DNA from: an uncultured Verrucomicrobiae bacterium
GTDB lineage: Bacteria > Verrucomicrobiota > Verrucomicrobiia > Limisphaerales > Palsa-1400
Assembly (NCBI GenBank): GCA_963707025.1
Contig: CAVPOM010000018.1
Location: 12,507 to 76,506 of the forward strand
Reading direction: 5' to 3'
Length of the DNA stretch: 64,000 nt
Positions 9,150 through 19,500 of the stretch are shown piece after piece. The number at the start of each line of letters is the position of its first letter. Position 1 is the stretch's first letter. The position numbers and the translations under genes are program-made. The notes beneath the pieces were generated by a model. The model did not search any database. It had not been told where the DNA came from and saw only the letters and a list, made by a program, of their open reading frames with translations.

Positions 9150-9368
9150 ATGAAACAACTAACCGCGATCATCCATCAAGGGGAGCCGAAGGAAGGAGGT
9201 TTCTGGGCGACCTGTTTGGAAGTGCCAGGGGCCAATGGACAAGGTGAAACCAAGGATGAATGCCTGCGCAACCTTGCCCAAGCTGTTCAACTTCTGCTGG
9301 ACACGGGGCGGGAAGAAGCCTTGCGTCTCGACCCCCAGGCAGAGACGGCGGAACTGTTGCTGGCATGA
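9150..9368 (+). CDS. hicB: HicB-family antitoxin
   Basis: MKQLTAIIHQGEPKEGGFWATCLEVPGANGQGETKDECLRNLAQAVQLLL matches the HicB/UPF0150 pattern. Its stop overlaps the hicA start (ATGA at 9365-9368). Confidence 0.75.
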   Translation: MKQLTAIIHQGEPKEGGFWATCLEVPGANGQGETKDECLRNLAQAVQLLLDTGREEALRLDPQAETAELLLA

Positions 9369-9559
9369 AACGCCGGGCCTTGCTCGGCCATCTAAGCGAA
9401 CATGGCTGCAAGCCGGTGCGGGAGGGCGGCAGCCATTCCATTTGGAGCAATCCTCAAACGGGCCGCAAGGAATCCATTCCCCGGCACAACGAAATCAAGA
9501 AACACTTGGCGCGTACCATCTGCCGCAATCTTTCCGTTCCGGTCCCGCCCGGCGATTAA
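9365..9559 (+). CDS. hicA: HicA-family mRNA interferase toxin
   Basis: MKRRALLGHLSEHGCKPVREGGSHSIWSNPQTGRKESIPRHNEIKKHLARTICRNLSV matches the HicA (YcfA) pattern. Confidence 0.8.
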   Translation: MKRRALLGHLSEHGCKPVREGGSHSIWSNPQTGRKESIPRHNEIKKHLARTICRNLSVPVPPGD

Positions 9560-10007
9560 CGCGCCGGCGTCACGCCGGTGTCAATGCCGGACAGCGGGGA
9601 AGTCCCGAATGGCCAGGTCTATAGGGCGGACTCGTTAAAGTGCTGGGTGTCCCGCAATTGGTTTGGAGTGGTGGGCAGATTTCACGGCCAAGCTGTTTTG
9701 CAACGTCGAGTTCTGGATTGCCAGCCCGCCGCAGTTCGCAGAGCGAAGGAGGGAACGTCTGCCGACAATGATCGGGTCTTCTGAGATTATCGCCATTGTA
9801 ATTCCGGATTCCCGCCTTGATCCAATTAGCCATAAGCACTTGCAGTCCAACTGATTACGATTTGCAGTGCGCAAAAGTATAGGTTGACCCATTTGACTTT
9901 GACTTAGACGGCCCCCCATTGGAAGCAGCCAGCCGAGAGCGAGAGGCTAGGAATGCACGACAAAAGGACTTGAAAACATCTCAATCCTGATTGGTCGCGG
10001 GGCCACG

Positions 10008-10662
10008 GTGGCTTGTCTCTCAGCCTCTGACCGCATTTTAATATGGACACCCTCAAACTTAAGGAATATGACTTTCGACACTCCGATGAGCCTTACACAA
10101 ATAATTGCGAATTATGGTTTAGAAATCGCAAGCGTGGCCCTGGGTGCTCTCTTGAGTGCGATTCTACAAAATCTTGACAAAATCAGGGAGTGGTTTCCCA
10201 GGGTTCGTCATTTCAATGGAGAATGGTTTGGGGAATGAAAGGAGTACAGCTCTCTTCATGAAATGTTTGAAGTTGGAAATGACGAGGTTCGCTTGAGGGA
10301 ACGAAGCCGTAGAAAGGGCGAGGTGGCAATCGAGGGTACAATAACAACATTAGCGATGAAGACAGTCCGTGCTTGGACAGTCAAAGGAACGTATTACGAA
10401 AATTATGATTTACTTCTCCTCACTTATCGTCCCGAGGAGCCACGTTAAACGTGGAAGCTTTGGAACCATTTTGCTCAAGGGCCGGCCGCAAGATGGTGTG
10501 TTGATGGGCTGCTGGCTCGGACCTGATCCCGACGAAAAAAGTTTCATGGCAGGACCATATGTATTGGCGCGAGATTTAAAGGAACCCGAAAAGAATCCTC
10601 GGATTAAGAAGTGGATGGACCAGCACTGCCACTCCCAAAAGTGGTCGACGGGGCCATCATGA
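10008..10662 (+). pseudogene. Decayed gene of unknown function in an AT-richer islet (in-frame TGA plus one frameshift)
   Basis: ORFs 10008..10238 and 10263..10448 share a frame and are separated only by TGA at 10236-10238. ORF 10369..10662 continues the protein after a frame change near 10440-10450 (...TYRPEEP / VKRGSFGTILLKG...). The region is visibly more AT-rich than its flanks. Confidence 0.45.
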
Positions 10663-10716
10663 TATTGTGTTTTTTTTAGATTTTCCTATTTAAGGCGAGG
10701 GTTTCGACACCTGAAG

Positions 10717-10765
10717 GGCGTTTGGCGAGACGCCGAACGCGGCGGTCGAGACGACCGCGCTCCCC
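10717..10765. repeat. Small GC-rich hairpin element (REP-like, family 2-like)
   Basis: ggcgtttggcgagacgccgaacgcggcggtcgagacgaccgcgctcccc has short hairpins GGCGT/ACGCC and GCGGTC/GACCGC. It shares the GGCGAGAC and GTCGAG strings with the element at 57661..57720. Confidence 0.4.
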
Positions 10766-10914
10766 AAACACCCGCGGTTTGCGGGTTCAAAATCAAGTGT
10801 ATCATAAGCGAAGACATGGCCGGTGAGGGCGCCGGCCACTACATCCCGATTCGGAATCGGGACGTGTGCTTATAGTCCCTCCCCGAATTAGGACACTGCC
10901 TGACGGCGGCACCG

Positions 10915-12158
10915 TCAGGATTGGGGCAGGGAAAGAAACCAGGGTGTCGTGACCAGCCCGGCCCAACTGCCGGGCTTGTGGTTGGCCAGGAATACTTTGC
11001 GCAGCGTCTGGTCGTAGGGTGTCAGCGCGGTCCACAACACGCCGGGACTGTCCTTCCAGCGCGGGTCAGCCTCGCCGCCGTCCATTCTTTGAAAGGCCGC
11101 GCCCTGCACTTTTTGATTCCACATGAAATCGCGATTGGTCGCGATAAGACGGGCCAGGTCGTCCTGGTCAAAGACCAGCCCGTGCTCGCGAGCACAGACG
11201 ATGGCCTCGAGATCAATGCCATAGTAGCCGCCGTTGGGATGGACGCCCACCCAATGTTTGGGGTCGCCGCCGCTTTTGTAATCCCAGGGGCCGGCGGCTC
11301 CCAATAATTCCAGACGAAGAATTTGCCGTTGTCCCGGGTTTTCATGCGCGATTTCATGAGACGAAACCACTTTTCCGCGCGCGTTTTGTAAGCGGGCTTG
11401 CCCGTGACATCGTGCAGCGCCAGCAGCCAGAGAGCAACGGCGTTGGCCTTGTTGTCGGGATGAGAGAAGCCGGTGGCGGGATCGTTTCTTTTGGCGTAGC
11501 CGTCGGACCATTGGCCGGTGGAGGCGTCCAGGCCAAAGGGCAAAACAATGGAAATAGCGCCGCCGTTGGCCGTGTCGCGCCAAGCGCCGCGCTGGTCCCA
11601 TTTCAGGAATATTTGTTCGGAAAGTTTGAGGTAACTTTCCGCCTTGGCCAGATACTTTGGCTGGAGGGCGGGGTCTTTGAGAATTTGGCCGGCCATGAGC
11701 GTGACGGGCCGCAGGGCCATGGCTTCGCCCAGCAGACTGTCGGCGTTGTAAGAGTTGAGTTGGTCTGTGTCGGTGCCGGCCGCATCCCGTTTTGGCCAGC
11801 CGGTGAAACCGTCCGGCTCGGTCAGGCCGCGGCGCACCCAGGCATCGGTCCAATCCGCCAGCCGGTCCACCCACTCGGTCTGGCGCGTGGCCAGCCAGCC
11901 GTAGTAAAAACCGTTGAGGAACGGGCTGATGAGCCAGCCGATTTCCTCGCCCAATTCCTTGTCGCAGGAGCGGGAGCGCGCGTCGTTGCGGATAGATTGC
12001 TGCCATTGCTCCAGCCACGATTTGGCCAGGGCCGGTTCGATCCACGGCGGCGCGCCTTGGGCCGGGGCCGCCCGGGCCTGGCCGCGGCTGAAAGCCGGCG
12101 CGGCGGCCAGGGCGAGGGCTGTGCCGGAAAGATCCTTGAGAAACTGGCGCCGATTCAT
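10915..12158 (-). pseudogene. TAT-signal exported protein of unknown function, one frame disruption (or assembly indel)
   Basis: MNRRQFLKDLSGTALALAAAPAFS is a TAT-type signal. ORF 11022..12158 loses sense after ...KTRDNGKFFVWNYWEP, and the other frame (ORF 10915..12309) continues AGPWDYKSGGDPKHWVGVHPNGGYYGIDLEAIV... to the stop at 10915. The switch is near 11287-11300. Confidence 0.6.
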
Positions 12159-12253
12159 GGCGTAATGTGGCGGCAGCGCCGCGCCTGGGCAAGGAAAAGA
12201 GAATCCATTTTCCGCGTTTGACTTGAGGGGCGGGGAAATTTAGACTGGGGGAA

Positions 12254-13303
12254 ATGTTGGTTGTTGAACCCAGTCCGGCTGCCGCTCCCGCGGCAGCCCC
12301 GCCGCCCAAGCCGCCACCGGTCTGGACTCAAATTGTCCAGTCGGTGGAGCCGTTTTTGCAGGGCGTGGCCGCGCGGTTGGTGGCCCAAGCGAATGAGTTT
12401 GAACCGCAAATCCTGGCCTATGCCCAATACGCGCTGACGGCGCAGGGAAAACAGTTGCGCCCGGTGCTGGTGGCGCTGAGCGGCGAGGCGGCCGGAGGAT
12501 TGAACGACTCGCATCTGACGGTGGCGGTGATTATCGAGATGGTTCATCTGGCCACCCTGGTGCATGACGATATTATTGATGAGGCCGATTTGCGACGGGG
12601 CCGGCCGAGTCTGGCGGCCAATTGGGGGACGGAAGTTTCGGTGCTGTTGGGGGACTGTCTATTCGCCCATGCCTTGAAGCTGGCGGCCAGTTTTCCGACG
12701 CCGGCAATTTGCCGCGAGGTGGCTTCGGCCACGAACACGGTTTGCGCCGGGGAAATTTTGCAGACGCGCAGCCGGGGGAATTTCGAGGTGGCGCGCAGCC
12801 ATTACTTCAAGATGCTGGCCATGAAAACGGCCGAGCTTTTTGCGTTGTCCTGCCACTTGGGCGGACTGCTGAGCAAGGCGACGGCGCCGCGCCGGGAAGC
12901 CTTGCGCCAATACGGGCTGGCCCTGGGCACGGCCTACCAATTGTACGATGACTGCCTGGATGTGCTGGGTTGCGAAGCGGTGGCGGGCAAGTCGCTCGGG
13001 GCCGATTTGGCCAAGGGCAAAATGACGCTGCCGGTGTTGATGGTGCGGGACCGCGCCCGGCCGGAGGACCGGCAGCAATTGCGGGAATGGCTGCAGAACT
13101 GGGACCCGGCCAATCTGGCCGGTCTGGTGGCCCTGATCGAAAAATACGATGCGTTCACCGAATCCCGCACCGTGATTCAACACTATTTGTCCGCCGCGCG
13201 ACAGGCCCTGGCGGCGTTGCCGGCGTCGGAAGGGCGGGCCAAGCTGGCGGGATTGACGCATTATTTGGCGGAACAAACGGCCGCGCTGGGGGTTGTGTAT
13301 TAG
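12254..13303 (+). CDS. Polyprenyl diphosphate synthase (trans-IPPS, IspB-like)
   Basis: First aspartate-rich motif LVHDDIIDEADLRRGRPS and second motif YQLYDDCLD are present. Chain-length specificity cannot be called. Confidence 0.85.
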   Translation: MLVVEPSPAAAPAAAPPPKPPPVWTQIVQSVEPFLQGVAARLVAQANEFEPQILAYAQYALTAQGKQLRPVLVALSGEAAGGLNDSHLTVAVIIEMVHLATLVHDDIIDEADLRRGRPSLAANWGTEVSVLLGDCLFAHALKLAASFPTPAICREVASATNTVCAGEILQTRSRGNFEVARSHYFKMLAMKTAELFALSCHLGGLLSKATAPRREALRQYGLALGTAYQLYDDCLDVLGCEAVAGKSLGADLAKGKMTLPVLMVRDRARPEDRQQLREWLQNWDPANLAGLVALIEKYDAFTESRTVIQHYLSAARQALAALPASEGRAKLAGLTHYLAEQTAALGVVY

Positions 13304-13369
13304 AACGATTGAGAGCGAGATCCCTGATGTAACCCATTGCTGCGTACGAAAGCAGAACTCGAAAAACCG

Positions 13370-13987
13370 ATGCGCGCCCTGTCCATCCCGGAGCCGGACC
13401 CAACGCCGGCCGCCCAACCGGAGGACGACTTGGCACTGGTTCGCCGCGCCCAGCGCGACGACACCTCGGCCTACGATGAGCTGGTCCGGCGCTATCAGGA
13501 ACGCATTTACGCCACGGTCTATCACATGACCTCCAACCACGAGGACGCCAACGACCTGGCCCAGGAGGCGTTCATCAAGGGGTATCGCGCCCTCAAATCG
13601 TTCAAGGGGGATTCGAGCTTCTACACCTGGGTCTATCGCATCGCCGTGAACAAGACCATCAACTTCCTCAAACAACGCAAGAACCGGGTGCAAATGAGCC
13701 TGAACGACATGGATTTCAACGCCGAGCACGACCCGGACCTGTTGGCGCTGGTTTCGCACAACACGCCGCGGCGGGACCTGGGCCTGGCGGAATTGCAGGA
13801 AAAATTGAACGCGGCCATGCAAAAGCTGTCAGAACACCACAGAATGGTAGTAGTATTGCACGACATCCAGGGGCTGTCCCACGAGGAAATCGGGGCGATC
13901 ATGGATTGCAACGTGGGCACGGTGCGTTCCCGCTTGTTCTACGCCCGGCAACAGTTACAAGCCTGGCTGGCCGATTATTTGCAATAA
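13370..13987 (+). CDS. ECF-type RNA polymerase sigma-70 family factor
   Basis: Region 2 (YDELVRRYQERIYATVYHMTSNHEDANDLAQEAFIKGYRAL...FYTWVYRIAVNKTINF) and region 4 (LSHEEIGAIMDCNVGTVRSRLFYARQQL) are present. The ATG at 13370 is preferred over the TTG at 13337. Confidence 0.85.
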   Translation: MRALSIPEPDPTPAAQPEDDLALVRRAQRDDTSAYDELVRRYQERIYATVYHMTSNHEDANDLAQEAFIKGYRALKSFKGDSSFYTWVYRIAVNKTINFLKQRKNRVQMSLNDMDFNAEHDPDLLALVSHNTPRRDLGLAELQEKLNAAMQKLSEHHRMVVVLHDIQGLSHEEIGAIMDCNVGTVRSRLFYARQQLQAWLADYLQ

Positions 13988-13992
13988 ACCGC

Positions 13993-14448
13993 ATGGACCC
14001 ACAATCAAAACCGACAGTCAAGGTGGAGCGGATCATCGCCTTGAAACGCTATGAGCAGCCGCCGCCCGGTTATTTCCACCTGCTGCCCGACCGCATCATC
14101 AACCGCATCGAATATGGCGAAGGCCAGCCCAGCTTTTGGGAAAGATGGTGGCCGGCCTTCCGCGTCCGGCCCGTGCTGGCTTATGCCTTGGGCCTGGCGG
14201 TTGGCGGTGCCCTGACGGCGGGTTTTTATTTTTCGCCCAAAATGGAGCAGACCGTCGGCGCCGCCGACCCGCCCCCCGGCAACCAGTGGGCCGTGGCGTC
14301 GTCCAGTGCCGCCACCGGGGATGCCTCCCTGGGCGGCTCCCGCTGGCTCGGCAGCACCAATCCGGTCACGGCGCCCCCAACCGGCGACTCCCTTTTCCTT
14401 TCTCCTGAAGCGCATGCCATCCCTGTTTCCCTGTTCCTGGGGAATTAG
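13993..14448 (+). CDS. Putative anti-sigma factor / membrane protein
   Basis: The start is 6 nt after the sigma gene stop (stop ends 13987, ATG at 13993). There is a single TM segment (VLAYALGLAVGGALTAGFYF). The call rests on position only. Confidence 0.5.
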   Translation: MDPQSKPTVKVERIIALKRYEQPPPGYFHLLPDRIINRIEYGEGQPSFWERWWPAFRVRPVLAYALGLAVGGALTAGFYFSPKMEQTVGAADPPPGNQWAVASSSAATGDASLGGSRWLGSTNPVTAPPTGDSLFLSPEAHAIPVSLFLGN

Positions 14449-14473
14449 CCCGTGGGGCGGGCTGATGTTAGCA

Positions 14474-15052
14474 TCATTTGACTACCAGATCGTCCGGGGT
14501 CCACATGATTTTGTCCGGACCAGCGGAATGGATTTCCATGTCTGAGCCGGAAATCTGATGGAAAAAATAGGGCGTGCCCCACGCGTCCACCAATTCGCCG
14601 CCGGCATTGATGCGCATGCCGGGTTGGGGATTAAGGAAGTTGATGTGCCTGGGGTTGTCGCCGCTCAGTTGGCTGGTGATTTCAGGATTGGTGCCCACGG
14701 GGTTTCCGCCAAACATTTCGCCATATTGGCGGACCGCCCGCCGGACATTTTGCAGGGCGGTTTCCGGCGGCACCCCGGTGCGCGGACTGGAATCGGGAAT
14801 GAGTTCGCCCGCCCTGGCGGCCAGACCTTGCGCCGGCGCCTGGTTGGGCGACGGCATGATGGCCGGTGAATGCAAGCCCGTGCCCGCAGTCGGAACGGAA
14901 GGAACCACCGATGAAGTTCCGGCCAGGCTGGCGGCGGAGTTTTGAGCGGCAGAAGCAACCAACGCCGGCTCTGTTTTATTTGGATTGGGCAAATAATACA
15001 GCGCCAAGGCGATGAGCAATAAAAGCGCAGCGAGGCCAACGCGCTGTTTCAT
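14474..15052 (-). CDS. Membrane-anchored hypothetical protein
   Basis: N-terminal TM segment followed by a low-complexity linker. The C-terminal DAWGTPYFFH...HSAGPD stretch is reminiscent of pseudopilin-type domains. The start overlaps the DUF1501 stop (ATGA). Confidence 0.55.
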   Translation of the reverse strand: MKQRVGLAALLLLIALALYYLPNPNKTEPALVASAAQNSAASLAGTSSVVPSVPTAGTGLHSPAIMPSPNQAPAQGLAARAGELIPDSSPRTGVPPETALQNVRRAVRQYGEMFGGNPVGTNPEITSQLSGDNPRHINFLNPQPGMRINAGGELVDAWGTPYFFHQISGSDMEIHSAGPDKIMWTPDDLVVK

Positions 15053-16530
15053 ATAAAGCCCAGATTCGGCGTTGCGAATCGCCCCAGATTTGGAAAGACA
15101 GTCGAAAGATTGCCGTTGTCCACGCCAAACCAGGTGGCGAGGGTGGCAAAGTATTGGTCTATGGCGGTCGTTGGAATCCAGCGGCCGGTGCTGGTGTCGT
15201 TGGGGCCGTTGATGGTGAGGACGGGAAAGGTGCCGTAAGTTCGCTGGCCGTTGACCGCACCGCCCAGGATCAGGTGATGGCTGCCCCAGCCGTGGTCACT
15301 GCCCTGTCCGTTGCTGGGGAAAGTGCGGCCAAAATCGCTGGCGGTAAAGCTGGTCACGTTGTTGGAAAGGCCAAGCTGCTCCATGGCGCGCTGAAAGGCG
15401 AACATGGACTGGCTCAGTTCCGCCAGCAGGTTGGTGTGCGCGCCGAACAGCACATCGTTGGGCGTGTTGGCGTTGTAATCGGTCTGGCCGGTATGCAGAT
15501 CGTAGCCGCCGATCTGGCAGAAAAAAATCTGGCGTTTCATGCCAAAGCCGCCGGAGGCGGCCGGGGTGTTGCCGGCGGCGATCAAGCGCGCGACCATTTG
15601 CAGTTGCGGACTCAAGGCGGAGTTAAAAGCCGCGCCGCCTTCGGGCGGAGTGATTTTCACCGGAAAAGGGGTCGTCCAATAATTGCCCGCCGTGGCGGCG
15701 ATGGCGGAGTTTAAGAGGCTGCCGGTGTTGATGGTATGTTCGGCCACCGCCGCGTAGGCCTGGGATTGGAGGTTGGTGTAAGGCAGGCCGAGGATGTTCA
15801 ACAACGTTGGCAACCGGTTGGTATTGGCTCCGCCGGAGGGAGTGGAGGGCAGGCTTAATGAAATCGCGCCCGAAGTGGAAACGGAATATTGCGAGACGAC
15901 GTTGCCGACTTCAAAAGTATTTGCGCCGGCCAGCGTCACCATCAGCGAAATGGGCGCGCCGGGTTGAATGGAGGCGAGCAAATCGGCGCAACGCCCGCCC
16001 CACCCGGTCAGCGGCGGCTGGTCGGGAATGGACGTCTGCCATTGCGTCTGCTGGTCAGCATGCGAAAAAAGCTGGGGCGGAGTGGCGGTGGAGCCGGCCA
16101 GATACTGGGCGCGGGTAATGGGATAAACCAGCGTGCCGGTGTTGAACAAAAAGGCCAGCTTGCCTTCGCCAAACAGCGTCTGCAGTTCGGGGCAGCTCGG
16201 ATGCAAACCATAGGTGTGGCCATCGCCGTCCAGAGACGTGACCGGCAGAATGGCGCTTTGGGGAATGGCCAGCACGGGAGAGCGGATGGCGGCGTAATTG
16301 CCGTATTCGGACGGGATGGTCGGGAGGATGAGATTGTTGGAGTCGTTGCCGCCCTGCAGGAAGATGCAGACCAGCGCCTTGTAGTCGGTGATGTTGGATT
16401 GGGCGACGGCGGCGTTCATAAACCGCAGATCGCGGATGGCCGAGGTCATGGCGACGGTGCCGACGGCCGCGCAGGCGGCCCGCCGAATAAACTGGCGCCG
16501 CGTCACCCCGGAAAATTGGTTGTGGCTCAT
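15049..16530 (-). CDS. DUF1501 domain protein (sulfatase-fold, TAT signal)
   Basis: MSHNQFSGVTRRQFIRRAACAAVG... is a TAT signal. The motifs LVCIFLQGGNDSNNL and SDFGRT...GSDHGWG are typical DUF1501. It sits immediately downstream of a DUF1800 gene, the usual PVC pairing. Confidence 0.85.
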   Translation of the reverse strand: MSHNQFSGVTRRQFIRRAACAAVGTVAMTSAIRDLRFMNAAVAQSNITDYKALVCIFLQGGNDSNNLILPTIPSEYGNYAAIRSPVLAIPQSAILPVTSLDGDGHTYGLHPSCPELQTLFGEGKLAFLFNTGTLVYPITRAQYLAGSTATPPQLFSHADQQTQWQTSIPDQPPLTGWGGRCADLLASIQPGAPISLMVTLAGANTFEVGNVVSQYSVSTSGAISLSLPSTPSGGANTNRLPTLLNILGLPYTNLQSQAYAAVAEHTINTGSLLNSAIAATAGNYWTTPFPVKITPPEGGAAFNSALSPQLQMVARLIAAGNTPAASGGFGMKRQIFFCQIGGYDLHTGQTDYNANTPNDVLFGAHTNLLAELSQSMFAFQRAMEQLGLSNNVTSFTASDFGRTFPSNGQGSDHGWGSHHLILGGAVNGQRTYGTFPVLTINGPNDTSTGRWIPTTAIDQYFATLATWFGVDNGNLSTVFPNLGRFATPNLGFI

Positions 16531-16534
16531 AAAA

Positions 16535-19500
16535 TCATTTTTGGATGATGAAATCAGGAGAGCTGGCGATCAGGTGAATCACGGCGCGGACGCGGTCGCG
16601 CATCTGCGTTTGCGTGGGCGGCGAACTGTAGGGGAAGTTACTGGCGGTGGCGACATAGTTGACAATGCCCGTCCTGGCGGCGGGGGACAACTGGCCGGCC
16701 AGCAGCAGCGCATTGAGTCCGTCCACCAGACCCGGGATGCCGGCATCGGCCGTGTAAGCCGCCGTCATCCACGGGCCGATGTCCAGGACGATGGAGCCGT
16801 TGCCCCCGGTGAAACTGCTCAAGCCATTGGTGTTGCCCGTATTGTTCAAAAGGCCGCCTTCGAGCGAAATTCATTTGCAGCGCCACGCTGCTGTCGGAGG
16901 TCAGTTGAAATTCCGGCGTGGTCAATCCGGCCGAGGCCAGCGGGCCGGGGAATTCGTAGCCCGGATAAAAGAAATTAAACACGGTCGGCGAGCGCAGCGG
17001 CGATTGTGACAGGCTGGAAGAAGTCCCCGTATCGGTGTAGCTCATGTTCCAGGTGTCCTCCCGCACCAGGACGGCGCCGTTGCGCGCCAACGGCGGTGCG
17101 ACCAGCGGATAAACCGAGAGGCTGTTTTCATTCTGGCTGGCCGAATTGGCCGAGGTGACGGTGAAGTGGGTCGCGTCGGGCACGCTCGCCACCGGGTAAG
17201 TTCCGCTGACCGCGGAGCCGGAAGTGAAGTTGATGAAGACGTTGTTGCCCGCGCTCAAACCGTGCGGTCCGGTGGTGCTGACCGTAATGCTGGTCCCGAC
17301 CTGCGTGTAACCGCCCACGGACAGTTTTGGCATGAGGCAACTGCCCGGCGTGCTGAACCAAATCCGCGTTCGTGACGGTGAAATGCGACGCATCCACCAC
17401 GCTGGCGACCTGGAACAACCCGCTCAAGGCGCCGCCGGTGGTGAACACCAGGTAAAGCGGATCGCCCGCCGCCAAGCCATGGCCTGAAATGGCGGCGGTG
17501 ATGATGCCGTTGGTTTGGCCGTAGCTGCCGGTGGCAAGTTGCGTCGCATTGACGGTGAACGTCGTCGGGCTGGTTGCGGTCACGCTGTAAGCTTGCGCAT
17601 TGCGGCGCGGGATTTCCGGAAGTATCCGTGAAATTGAGCCACACGGTGTCGCCGTTATTCAAGCGATGCGGACTGGGAGTTGTGACGGTGATGAGCTGGT
17701 TGGTGGTCTGGCTGTAGGTGCCGCTGATGGCGGGTGGCGCGGGAAAGGCGCGCGCGACCGCGGTGACGCGGAGGAGCGGCTCGCGTTGTTTGCCGTAGGT
17801 CGGCTGGGAAATCAGGTCCGGGCTGCGCGCTTCGTAATCCAGCAGAATCGCCTGGACGACGGCCTGGAGGTTGCCCCGGACGCCGGTGCCGTCATCGTTG
17901 AAAACCTGGGCGACGCGATAAACATAATCCCGGCTCGGGATTGCTGGTGACCAGGCGCTGGATGAGTTGACGGCAGATGAACGGGGCGACGTTCTGGTTG
18001 TTGAAGATGCCATTCAAGCGCGGATTCCAAATCCTGCGAACAATAAGCGTCGTTGCTGGCCGAGGAGACGGCCTGGCCGCCCCAGGCCGGCGGGAGCATG
18101 ACATTGTCGAGCAATAATTTTGCGCCGAGCTCGTGATGGGCCGGCACCAGCACCATCGGGTTGGTGTAGTTGGCGCCCGGATACCAGTTGGACGGCAGGC
18201 GTCCGTTGGCCTGGTTGGTCTGATAATAATTCCAGCCGGTAAAGACGCTGGCAAAGCCCATGACGACATTTTGATTGTAAGTCGGCACCAGGTTGTCCTG
18301 GGCATTGAGGATCAAGGTGCCATCCGGCCATTGCCGGTTCAGGCCAATGGAAAACAACTGCTGGACTTCGCGCGCGTAATTCTCATTGGCATGGATGCCG
18401 GTGATGATGCTGCCCGCGTCGTTGCCCAGCATGCCCAAATACAAGCCCATGGACGGATGGAGGGTGACGGCTTCCAGCAGGGAGCGGTAATTGCCAAAGG
18501 CATGGTCCAGCAGCATATCGTAGTAGGAGGAAAGCGCGTCGGCATGGTTCTGGAGCGTGCCATTTTCAGAGACGACAAAGATCTCGCTCAAGGCGAAGGC
18601 GACGCGCTGGCGCAATTGGTCCGGGGCGGTGATGGATTGCCGCCACCAGGTGTTGAACCACAAAGGGCTTTGATAAAGATCGGTTGGGTCCGAGTTCGGA
18701 TTGGCCAGCACATTGCTCAAGCAATGCGTGGCGGGGAGGGAAAACTGATTGGCCAGCCAGTTGCTGTAACCGAGCGCCTGCACGGCGGCGATGTCGTTGG
18801 AGCTTGCGCCAAAGGTCGCCTGGGTCAGGAAGCGGGCGGCCGCGCTGGCATTGGCGGAATCATCCGTCCAGGCGGGCGGCGGGGGCGGCGGGGAGAACGT
18901 CTGCGAGCCGTTGGCCAGAGTGAAATGGCCGCCGATTTCGCCATTGGCAAAAGCGGTGGTTTCGATGACGATGGCGGCCTTGCCCTCATTGATGATTTCC
19001 AAAATGTCCGGCGCCGCCAGAGGGCCGGTGGCTTTAATTTTCCAGAGATAGCTGCCGTCGGCCTGCGGCTTGGCGGCGGAAATGTCAAAGATCAGTTCGC
19101 CCGGATCGCTCAAATAGGGATCCGAATTGATGGACTGGCCGGTGGGAGCGCCCGACAGGTTGTTGTCCGAATAATTCAAGGCGGCCTGGGAACCGTCCGC
19201 ACTGACCCGCAAGGTGGCCGAGCCGACGCCCTGGCTGACCACCCCAGGCAGCGCCAGCAGGTTGGCGGTGTAAAGCGTGCCGGGAGTATTGGCCGGCAAC
19301 GGCGGATAATAGCGCGACAACAGATAACCCGGCACCACGCCGGCGGGGGTGGTGTTGGTCCCGGTCGGGTCTTGCATCCAGCCCACCGACCAGTTGTCGC
19401 CCGCGCCGGCGCCCGCCTTGTGCAAAACCTCGAGGTAGTATTGCTGGCCGGCGACGAGCGCGAGCCAGGGGGATTGCTGGCTGGCTTGCACATTCCATTG

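Noticed and set aside
10236-10238. In-frame TGA (and TAG at 52982..52984) as selenocysteine or pyrrolysine recoding, or an alternative genetic code.
   Set aside because: TGA and TAG are used as ordinary stops throughout the window, including many ATGA/GTGA overlaps. No SECIS-like hairpin was seen immediately downstream. Both cases lie in AT-richer, probably acquired and decaying genes.
10680-10915. Possible tRNA or small RNA gene in the structured spacer (gcgggttcaaaatc..., cctgacggcggcaccgtcagg).
   Set aside because: No cloverleaf could be built: there is no T-loop GTTCRANYC in a proper stem context and no acceptor pairing. The hairpin at 10898-10920 overlaps the stop of the gene ending at 10915 and reads better as a terminator-like stem.
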